The translations under genes were made by a program, and so were the position numbers. This document shows positions 37,258 to 46,765 of a DNA stretch of 46,765 bases, piece after piece. The notes beneath the pieces are model-generated. The model was given only the letters and a program-made list of their open reading frames with translations. It did no database searches and had not been told where the DNA came from. Position 1 is the first letter of the stretch. Every line of letters starts with the position of its first letter. The stretch is from Catajapyx aquilonaris (taxonomy: Eukaryota), in the NCBI GenBank assembly GCA_000934665.2, contig JYFJ02000840.1, positions 62,001 to 108,765 of the forward strand, read 5' to 3'.

Positions 37258-38058
37258 GTGGTAGCAGAGGAGGTTGAGGCCATGTTTGCTGACCTTCCAG
37301 ATAAGAATGACACTGTCACTTCTGTTGCTGCTGTGACAATGGCTCATCAATCCTCTCTCTTGGCCTTGGTGGTGTCCAACTCTCCCCATCTGACTGCAGA
37401 GGTTGAGGATCAGCTTGTCCAAGTCCAAGAAAATGCCACTAGGTGCCTTCAGTCAGGTCTAGTAGATGAATGTCAAGCTTTGCTGTGTTCCATATTTGAC
37501 CTGGGAGCCATACTTGCTCCTTGCAGTAGCGACAGTGAGAGGACCCATCACCAGATGGAAGCATTGCCACCATTCCCAGAAGACTATCGTGACCTTCCAT
37601 TGGATTCCACAGAGGCAACAAGGGTTGACAATTTTCTTGTAGGGCAGTCACGCAGCAGAATTTCCACAAAATGCAACACTTTGCCTAAAAGCACACTTGG
37701 GCTTGAACTGACCAGAATTCTGGACCAGTTGACATCAATGGCTTCCAATCTGAGTTGCTTGGAAAAACAAATGAGCCAGAAACGAGCCAGTATGAAGAAC
37801 AAGGAGAATAAGGATCCTGCTATTATTGGGGAAAAGCCATCAAAAGTTTTTAGCTCGACCCCTCTCACATCAAACACTACCCCAATGCATCACAGGCTTG
37901 ACTTGAGTTTGTCTCCACTTAAGTATTCTTTTAAGAGCACAGCAGACACGCCAATGTCTTTCAGCATGAGTACTTTTAGTTGTGGAGTTGGTACTCCACA
38001 GAGGCTAAGAGACATGAAACTTGTCAAGAAAAGATTGGAAAGGCTTGCTCTGGAGTAA
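37258..38058 (+). CDS. Serendipity-alpha-like last exon
   Basis: Open 266-codon exon after tatag acceptor; LELTRILDQLT helix and Ser/Thr-rich tail; TAA. Confidence 0.78.
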   Translation: MVAEEVEAMFADLPDKNDTVTSVAAVTMAHQSSLLALVVSNSPHLTAEVEDQLVQVQENATRCLQSGLVDECQALLCSIFDLGAILAPCSSDSERTHHQMEALPPFPEDYRDLPLDSTEATRVDNFLVGQSRSRISTKCNTLPKSTLGLELTRILDQLTSMASNLSCLEKQMSQKRASMKNKENKDPAIIGEKPSKVFSSTPLTSNTTPMHHRLDLSLSPLKYSFKSTADTPMSFSMSTFSCGVGTPQRLRDMKLVKKRLERLALE

Positions 38059-38914
38059 TAGACAATTCAAATTGTTAATTTATTTTGACAATCAAACGGA
38101 GCAGCTATACACAGTATTCTAAAAGATTGATTGGCATTTATTAAGTATTGTTACCTCTCTGTTGTAGGTCCATGTTACATGACATGTTAAGATTGATGCA
38201 ATATATGGTGACAAGGGCCAATTACATTTTAAAATAACTAATGCTAGCATGACATTATTACAATGCATATTTTCCAGTGAATTAATCCATGACAATCATA
38301 AGATAAGATCTTAAAGTGACTTATTAACTTACATTTGATGTTAAAATTATAGTAGATATGCATTCCTTTTGAATGGAAGAGATCTTGACCAAGTGTCGAC
38401 TTCTTTTCAAAATAACTGGTGACTGACTGACCACACTCTGTTTTTCAAATGCACTAGTGTGTAGGCCTAGAGGGAATTTATCTGTGACAATCAGGCCAGT
38501 GAAGAATGGACAGGTCATATTTGAGTCCACTAATTATTGTAGTTGACACTTTTTTTTTAGTGCTTGTAAACCCCCCTGCCTTTTGAAGGTGCCTCTCTAC
38601 CCTAAAAGCCCCCTAACTTGAGCCAATGCCACCCATTTAATAGTGTGAGTTTTGCCATTTGATGAATGGTTGAAGCAGAATCAATGACTGATGTAGTGAC
38701 ACTGTTGATGCATTAATAATACTTACTCCTGTGTGGCAAGGCAAGGCGTGTGATAAGCTGACAATGAATATTACTGTTCTTGCATAGAATTGATGAGAAT
38801 AACCCATTTCAAATTACCTTGTTGACGTGGCTATATTTTCTTAGTTTTTATGGAGGGAATAAAAATTTATATCTTCAGTGTGTGTTTTTGTGCAAAAATG
38901 TCATTGCTATATTT

Positions 38915-39260
38915 TTATTTATTTATTTTACCCCGTGATGTCCCTTACGGGAGCTATAGGGGGGTGGTATACCACCATCAGTTTTCTGTATATATTTTCA
39001 CTTCATTCACTGGTGCAAGGAAACAGGGACAATGGGAAAGGATAGGGATTTTTGGGGAGGGAACATGGGTGCAAGGTGCAATGTCGTAGCTAATGGGTCA
39101 TGTGCTGTTCCCCAGGAGGTTAGGTTGCCAGACACCTCCTTGGTGCAGGTCAGAGACCCTCCTGACGCAGGTGAAAGGAGAGTTCCCCAGGCAGGGATCG
39201 AACCTGGGGCCTTTCACTCAGCAAGCCGAGATGTTACCATTTCGGCCACCACACCTCCCC
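38915..39260 (-). mobile_element. tRNA-derived SINE (family B)
   Basis: Reverse-complement homolog of 11044-11390, with A-rich tail. Confidence 0.82.
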
Positions 39261-39989
39261 ATGTCATTGCTATTGTCATGGGAGAACTGGCAATGTAAGT
39301 TGAGAGATGTGATCATGAAGAAGGTTGTGCCACCTGAGTCAAAACAGCAATCTTACCACTATTTGTTTTCTGGCCATTGCATTAACCACCAACGTGTTCT
39401 GTACAGTTGGCAGGTGATTAGATATTGTACAGTACCAGACAGTACACAGTGTTTCATAATTTATGCACCATCCCTATCATTGGAACTGTCATGAGCCCTC
39501 TTGTATCAAGCTGGTATTCCTGAGCTCACCATTTTAGTCAGACAGAAGAACCACATGTGCATCTTCCCTGCACAGCCCCTCAACAGTTCTCTCTCGACCT
39601 TACCTCCCCTTCTGATGTAGCAACATGACGTCGTGGGCACAAGCAATGTTTCAGCAGATGCAAATGCATAATATGAATCATGCTGCACGTGGGAAGTTTT
39701 GGAGAAATTACACCTCACGTGACAACAGTGATAAAACCAGCAATTTGCTTGGGTATGGGTATGGGTATGTATGCATTCCTGAGTAATTTACTATCTATTG
39801 TTGGCGAGTTGGCCATACAGTACACTATACCGGTATCATGAATTGCATTATAGAAAGCCTCGCTTGTACAGTACCCATCTGACTAGTCCTAGGTAAGAAA
39901 TTTTGCGCCAATCTGCAACATATACAGGGCACGACTTGATGTAATTCCTAATTGAAATGTTTTGAAAGTTGCGCTAAATATGCTCCAAT

Positions 39990-40750
39990 CCCCGATTGCA
40001 TCTGACGGACCAAAAATGGCGACTTCCGTTCCCCAAGTTTAGGCCCAAATTGCGATAAGAGCATTTGAAAGCAGCTACAAACTAGCAGTGATTGATCTGC
40101 TAGGAGTTTAAATCGGCAGTAATTGACGCGTTGTGCAGACGGACAGTGCCAGAAGGCCCCTGATTAACTCAAAAGTGGACCACCGATTACTACTCAAAGC
40201 GAAGGCCACCCGCACAAGAGGCTGAGCATCAGCCAGCTACAGTGCCAGGCGGTCAAGCACAAGCAGGCTTATGTAGCAGCTGCGGTGATGAAAGTGTACT
40301 GCGCCGCGCCACCTGCCGTCACATGGTCCCAACTAGCACCACGCTCGCCGGCAGCACGCATGCACTTTGCCACCCACCCCCGACACTTTTTTTTTTTTTC
40401 CACCTCATCCCCTGTGGATCTGGCCAACTACGGTCCACGTGATCCTCTATTATAGCACCATCGGTTGCCTTGCCCTGCTGCTCTCCTTCCTCTTCCTTCC
40501 CCACCCACCCACCCACGCACTCTATTCCTAGCCAAGGAGGCAGGTGTAGTGCACGCCGCCAGTGAGCTTTTTGGTCCAGAGGGATCCTCTAAAAATAGCA
40601 GTGCAGCAGCGCATCTCTTCCCCTTTATTGTATTGTCCAGTTATGTCAGCCTGACTGAGGAGGAGGAGGAGGCAACGGGAGGTGAATAGCTTCTTCGCTG
40701 CAGCAGCTGTGTGGACCACGAGGTGTGTCAGGAGCCCCAAACAACATTCG
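39990..40750 (+). promoter_or_regulatory. Putative promoter and first exon of a downstream unidentified gene
   Basis: CpG-enriched; CAAAAATGGCGACTTCCG (YY1-like plus ETS-like) at ~40011; GTGAGT donor at 40751. Confidence 0.35.
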
Positions 40751-41776
40751 GTGAGTACACAGTGCGGCATGGCATGGCCAGTCTTTGCAGTTTGCACCCC
40801 CCTCCTCCAGCCCCCTCCTCCCCATCCCAGTGCCATCAATCCATCCAGCCGGCGGCAGGGGGAGTTGTAGTGGTTGGTGCCCATGCCGTCGCCGCCATCA
40901 TCCAGGCCGGCATATTGCAGGAGCCACATGGCACCAGGCTGACGCGCCTTCTCCCCAGTGCCAACCAGTGCCGCGTGTCTACCGGCCAGACAACACGTCT
41001 GTTGGCTGGCGCCGTCCGCCTGCCCCACGCCTTGCTCCTCGGGACAGTCAGGACCGCTCTGGTCAGGACAGTTGCGGGTATTCTATCGGTGTGCGAGCAA
41101 CAGTTATTTCATTTTGCGGCGTGGGCAGGTGGGGGTGGGACATTTTTAGTGTGGGGCCAGCGCCAAGGGGGTAGGGGAGGAGGTGTGGAGGACAGACCCT
41201 GCAATTCTTATTTTTTGCCCTCTGCCCGGGGTGAGGAGGAGGAGGAGGAGGAGGACACGTGGCCTTCGAGGAATCAATATGTGAGATCGGGTTGCATGTG
41301 CTTTGGGGAACCGTACCAATACTTACATAGTGACCTTCAACGTGAGGAAGCCCAGTGGCATGGACCAGAGCATTGATCACTCTCCTGGTGCAGCCCATTC
41401 AAGGGGGAATTGACTGAATTGGAGAGGCCTTTTGCCAGTGTATGTAGTGTAGCCTGCAGGATCATCGCTCATTAGATTTTTGACCACTGTTACGGGGATA
41501 CTCGTTGTGCATATGGAGCATGCCATGTTGCGTATATTGCAATGCCAGGCAATCTTAATAGCTTTACGAGTGGAACTAGTTCAATACTCCTTTGAAAATA
41601 TAAGTGAAAGGTGCCTGTTTTGAAATAAAATAGTAATACATTGAGCAGTTTGAGGTTATTGGTTTTGCTGCTCCTAGGGCGTAGCGCACCACTGTTAGGA
41701 CGCATTTTTAATATGAAGAAAGGCAGTAGGAAAGTGCAATTTTATTGTTGTGTACAATTAATATAATTTTAATTTA

Positions 41777-42036
41777 AGGGCGACACGGTGGCCGAGCGGT
41801 TAGCGCCGCAGCCTTCCACCTCTAAGGTCCCGAGTTCGATCCCCGGGTCGGACGGAGGATACTTATGTGGATAGTTTCGATGGGTTCTCTCCGTGTTCGC
41901 GTGGGTTTTCTCGGGGTTCTCCCATTTCCTCCCACTATCAAAATCCGTCACATTACAGGCAAATGATTAAAATCGGTTATTCAAAAGATGATCCCCTAAG
42001 AGGCCCAAGGGGCCTATCACGGGGTATCCATTATTA
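41777..42036 (+). mobile_element. tRNA-derived SINE (family C)
   Basis: A box TGGCCGAGCGG, B box GAGTTCGATCC; imperfect TSD AATATAATTT(T/G)AATTTA. Confidence 0.88.
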
Positions 42037-42262
42037 AATATAATTTGAATTTATACATTCCCTGCCGAAAATGTTTCCTTGCCACAGTACAGTACAACCA
42101 GACCTTAGTCAACTATTGCAAGAATGTTGCTATGAAATGTTCCATAAACAATGTAGGACACTTTTAATATGGCAGTAATAGATCTGAAAGCAGCAGTTAC
42201 CTGGGCTGAGATGGATATGAATTTGCCTACATCCTTGACAGCAATGGGTGGAATTTTCGCCA

Positions 42263-42337
42263 TACTACTAGTTACTTCTGACTTAGCAGTACCATTGCAC
42301 TACACTGGTACTGCTAAGTTAGAAGTAACTAGTAGTA
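42263..42337. repeat. Short hairpin palindrome
   Basis: TACTACTAGTTACTTCTGACTTAGCAGTACCA / TGGTACTGCTAAGTTAGAAGTAACTAGTAGTA. Confidence 0.75.
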
Positions 42338-43916
42338 CGTAGAAAAATCCATCCAATCTTTCTGAAACTCTCACTAGTTGTGTGGCCTTTTCAAGCTGCC
42401 ACTGTGCATAGTGTATAAAAACCTGATCCATCAGTATTTCCCCAGCAACTACAAAAATTCTCGGGAATAATGAGCAAATAATTATGTGGGTGACTAGCAG
42501 CGGAACCCGTTCTTCACATGGCCTGTTTCCATGGTAATCACCAACAAAATCCCATTGCCATGGGCAAACAAAAAAACAGAAACTTTGCCTTACATACGTA
42601 GATTTTGTATGTTAGTGCCGGGGAAGGGGGTGTCGTTTCTATTCCCCCCCCCCTGCCGTCTGTCGGTAATTTGGATCCACATCTGTAGTACCGCACAAAG
42701 TGACATCGATAGAGCTTCAAAATCCAGTAAAGATCATATCTGCAACTATTTTCATTTTCAAATGAAAAGGGTGGGGCACTGGTCAAAAATGAGGTTGTTC
42801 TTGTGATTTTTACGGTTTTTTGTGTCATCTTCGTGTCTGTAAATGTCCATCGACAGAGCTTCAAAAATCAGTAAAAGTCATATCTGTAACGTTTCCAGTT
42901 TTTGAGTACAATGGAGGAGAAAATTCACCTGCTTTTTGCAGGGGGGCCCATTATTTTGCCCAACCCCTGTATGTGGCTGTTTATATGTATTGCTCATCTA
43001 TGTGTGTAATTATGCATTAGTGTGTTGACCGGCAATAAAGGTACTCACCTACTGCTACAGGTCTGCGCTGAAAACATCCACATCCGTACTAATCACATCC
43101 ACCAACTCAGAGTCAGCAATGTTCCCTTGTGTCAGGGTTACCAGCCGTGGAGGTTTTCGCGCTCATGTCGCTGTAGGCCACCCCTAGGCAGTGCATTTAA
43201 ATAGTACATTCAATGTGACGGGGTTGACACGACATGTTGGGGACAACGTTTTATCATATAATTATGAAAGTAAAATTTTGTAAATTTAATTTTAAATGTT
43301 TGTAAGGCAATACTCTCTCCTTGCACTATTGAATGATGCATATCACATGGGCGAATGATTTTTATTTATGCTGCTAGCATAAAAGTCAGAGCGTGGCATA
43401 CCTAGAGGGACAAGACACATGGCCTCTATATGGCTGTGTTGACGTTACGGAAAATATTTTCCTACGAGATTTATCTGTGTTAATTGCCTAACAGAGTAGT
43501 GTAGGTATATTGTCAGGAAGTGTAGCATTAGTTGCCACTGCATTATAATCCAACTTTGTTACTTTTGTTTTTAATGAGCTGGGACAAAAGTCATTGTGAA
43601 AGGTGCCATTCTGGGAGAATCACCCATATCTGACATTCTGTTTGACAGGGGTTCTCAAAGTGTGATCTGCGGCCCACCAGAAGGATGGGCTGGTGGGAAC
43701 AGTTTGCTTTGAAGTTTGATGTCTTTGTGACACTTTGCAAATATGGTGCTTTTCAATATTATAGTATGTAAGTTTTTGTTTTCTTTGGCTCTTGCTGTAA
43801 TGTACTGTGCAGCAGCTAACAAGTTAGCCTGAGCCGAAATGAGCAAGTCAACTAGAGCAACTTTTGAAAGTACAGTAAAAAAAAAATCTTAAGCATAGGT
43901 GTTTATTGGCTTTGAA

Positions 43917-44208
43917 CAGTGGTTCCCAACCCTTGGGCTGCCAACATGTTTTTAAGGGTCGCAGGGAAGGCTGGAGAGAAAGAAATAAAAACTTTAAAAC
44001 GAGAAGAAAAAAATATTCCAAAGAAGGAAAATTGGGGGTAAATTCATCTCAGATCTACATATGCATTGCACTGCACCTGGTTGAAGGTTGTGGTAATTTT
44101 AAATCGAAAATCGAAATTGGGCTGGAGGGGTGTCACACGGGTCGCCAGGTCAATAAAAGGTTGTAGATATGGTCATGACAAAAAAAAAAAAAGGGTTTGG
44201 AGCCACTG
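43917..44208. mobile_element. hAT-type MITE
   Basis: CAGTGGTTCC...GGAGCCACTG TIRs; 8-bp TSD GCTTTGAA/GCTTAGAA with one mismatch. Confidence 0.7.
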
Positions 44209-44352
44209 GCTTAGAACTATTGTGCACTTAATATGTGAGGGTCTGAATATATTTTAACCGAGGCATTTATTTGCATTAGCATGTTGACAACATCTGTGAT
44301 TTGCTTTGTAGCAATTTGCTGTAATAGTGTGGTATGCATTTACAACACACTG

Positions 44353-44357
<5 letters not shown>

Positions 44358-44402
<45 letters not shown>

Positions 44403-44654
44403 GATACCCCGTGATAAGCCCCCTTGGGCTTTTTAGGGATCATCTTTTTGATTGACTGACTTTAATCATGGTTTTTGCTGTGATGGATTTTGAAAGCGGG
44501 AGGAAACGGGAGAACCTTGATACAACCCATGCGAACACGGAGAGTACCCATCGAAACTCTATCCACATAAGCATCCTTTGTCCGACCCAGGGATCGAACT
44601 CGGGACCTTAGAGGTGGAAGACTTTGGCGCTAACCACTACACCGTGCCGCCCTC
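44358..44654 (-). mobile_element. tRNA-derived SINE (family C, more diverged) with trinucleotide tail
   Basis: TSD CAACACACTGATATA at 44343-44357 and 44655-44669. Confidence 0.85.
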
Positions 44655-44939
44655 CAACACACTGATATAGGGAATGTACCGGTGGAAGGGCACTTCTGGG
44701 TAGTTTTCGAGTCATTTCAGACCCTGAAATCCACACCTGTTGTCTTGGGCATAGAAGGGTGTGTAATCCAGCCCAGTCATGCAGCCTGGTGAAAGGCAGG
44801 AAAATGCCAACCAAGCAAGGGCGACAAAGATGGGATTTGAACTGTGGACCTCCCACTTGACTAGCTAATGACATTACCATTAGACCCTGTGCTTCCCTTG
44901 GATGCTAAATAACAAAAGTTCACAAGTAGTAGCAGTAAT

Positions 44940-45010
44940 ATATTGTGACGTCCCAAATACTAGGGGGTTGGGGCTGCCCCAACCCCCTAGTATGTGGGAC
45001 GTCACAATAT
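44940..45010. repeat. 71-bp near-perfect hairpin
   Basis: ATATTGTGACGTCCCAAATACTAGGGGGTTGGGGC-T-GCCCCAACCCCCTAGTATGTGGGACGTCACAATAT, one mismatch. Confidence 0.85.
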
Positions 45011-45896
45011 CTGTAACATTTCTGGGAAGACTATTTTTTTCGTCATTTTCGGACATTCAGGTCAAAATTATAGCATAAATGTCTAAACTCTAAAGATTCT
45101 AAACTTTTTTCCTATAGTTTGCCAGAGGTTGGAGTGGGAAAGGGGGGATAGTCACAGGTTATGTAAGGTTGGCAGATATCATTTTCAAATTTGTATATTT
45201 TATCATGCTCAAAAGACGATTGTCATTACAAGCCAAAGCAGTGGATATTTTTCTCTTGTAGAATCATTGAAGTGTTCTAGACATATTCATAAACATACCT
45301 GTCTAATTTTAGTAATTAACTTCGCCCTTTATTAAGAAACTTGCAGCGGTACCCGTTCTTTGCACGGGGAAAAAAAGAGCATAGAGAATTACACATCTTC
45401 TCAGGCAATAGTAAATGCAAAACTGCTCATTCTCTTGCATATGTAGGCACTGGAAGGGTGTAAGTATTTATTCACAGTCTGCATGTCTCCATGAGAATCG
45501 TGCTAGTTCTCGTACCGTTTCAGTAGCCAACAGTATGTGTCATTAATTAAAAATCACAGTACTATCTTTGTATACTTGGGAGATGATTACATATCAGGTG
45601 CCACACTAGTTGCATGATCATATCGTGGGGTCTGGAAAGGATTGAAGTTCAAGCTACAACTCTGATCTGAAAGGGTCAAGGTTACATCACCCAATATACA
45701 CACATGCCTTGCGACATCACACTTCCCTTTTGACTTGCAGATAGGAGGGCAGGAAAAGAGAAGAGGCAGAAAGAAGACATAATAGGACCCCTGTAGGACC
45801 CCTCTGTTGTTGCATGGGAGGTTGGAATGAAGATGGCTGTGATATTGTTGTGACCTTGTGCTGTGAGTTAGGACAGGTTTTTAACACTTGGGCAAG

Positions 45897-46021
45897 ATGG
45901 AGGAGTTGGATGTGAACATGCTTGACATCATGAGGAGTCCATTTCCTGACCTGCTTGGGCTTGAAGGAGGGCACTTTGGGGATGGAGGAATAGGAGATGA
46001 ATTTTGGGCTGCGGATGCAGG
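45897..46021 (+). CDS. Probable first coding exon of an unidentified gene that continues beyond the window
   Basis: Acceptor ttgcag at 45740, AAGATGG start context, MEELDVNMLDIMRSPFPDLLGLEGGHFGDGGIGDEFWAADA, then G|GTAAGT donor. Confidence 0.5.
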
Positions 46022-46094
46022 GTAAGTGTGACTATTTAATTTGTAACTCATTGGCTGTATTGTTATTTTTTAATCACAACAAGTTGATCCATAA

Positions 46095-46220
46095 GGGCCG
46101 GTTTCACCGAGCTTGGTATATGATAAAACCAGGTTTCTTTAGGAAAATCCATACAAATAGATAGGGATTTTGAGAAAGAACCCTGGTTTTATCATATACT
46201 GAGCTCGGTGAAACCGGCCC
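46095..46220. mobile_element. PIF/Harbinger-type palindromic MITE
   Basis: TAA TSDs, GGGCCGGTTTCACCGAGCT TIRs and long arms. Confidence 0.85.
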
Positions 46221-46478
46221 TAAGAGAATATGTTGCAGATATTCAAGACTTAGGAAATACATTGTTTTCATTGCATGAAGTCGGACTCAAGTCTGAAGCA
46301 GAATCTCCTTAATATGAGAATGGGAAAGTGACCACAGTACCGTTGTCAATTTTCATTATCAGGAAGGATTTTCAGATATTGCGTCAGTTTTTTGCTTTGT
46401 TAAAAAAAAAATTATATTCTGAAGTGATAATTGGCATGAGAAGTTATGGGATAATTTTCGGGGGGGGGGNNNNNNNNN

Positions 46479-46660
46479 GGGGGGGTCTAGTGGCTATACT
46501 ACTGGCCAGCCAAGCAGGAGGTCCGGGGTTCAAACCCATCCCCGTCGCCTCTTCTTGGTCGGGTCTTTTTACCCTTTTTACTGGACATGCCCGGAAGAAA
46601 GGTCTGGTATACAGGGTGGTCGGTAAATGGCGGACAAGCTTCAGGTAGCGAGATTCCTTG
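46479..46660 (+). mobile_element. Degenerate tRNA-derived SINE
   Basis: GGTCTAGTGG A-box-like and GGTTCAAACCC B box; a related head lies on the minus strand at ~44810-44888. Confidence 0.45.
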
Positions 46661-46765
46661 TGAAAAATCAGTATATGGAAGTGAAGGTCATATTGCTCTA
46701 CGAGGCCTGGTTAGGGCTCACGAGGGCTCCAAAGTTTGGGCCAAATCATGACGTCACATCCGCCC

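Overview
This is eukaryotic genomic DNA, most likely from an arthropod (pancrustacean/insect-like), not prokaryotic; no CRISPR array, rRNA or functional tRNA was seen. Five spliced genes can be reconstructed exon by exon with phase-consistent GT-AG junctions: (1) the 3' part of an ERI1-family DEDDh exoribonuclease (+, 1-4040); (2) FBXW4/dactylin-like F-box WD40 protein (+, ~8533-12910); (3) type II pantothenate kinase, PANK/fumble (-, 18928 to 26845 or 27992, with candidate alternative N-termini); (4) exosome subunit EXOSC1/Csl4 (-, 30277-31192), containing a clear U12-type minor-spliceosome intron; (5) a Serendipity-alpha-like gene (+, 31508-38058), head-to-head with EXOSC1. A probable sixth, unidentified gene starts near 40000 with a coding exon at 45897-46021. 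Introns and intergenic DNA contain several tRNA-derived SINE families (some with clean target-site duplications, TSDs), a non-LTR retrotransposon 3' fragment, an inverted-dimer mariner derivative and many palindromic MITEs. I found no convincing wholly new biological system. The best leads are the PanK N-terminal switch, the U12 intron, the EXOSC1 in-frame uORF in a bidirectional promoter, a candidate antisense spliced transcript near 7 kb and a degenerate hammerhead-like fold. All homology calls are by motif recognition, not database search.
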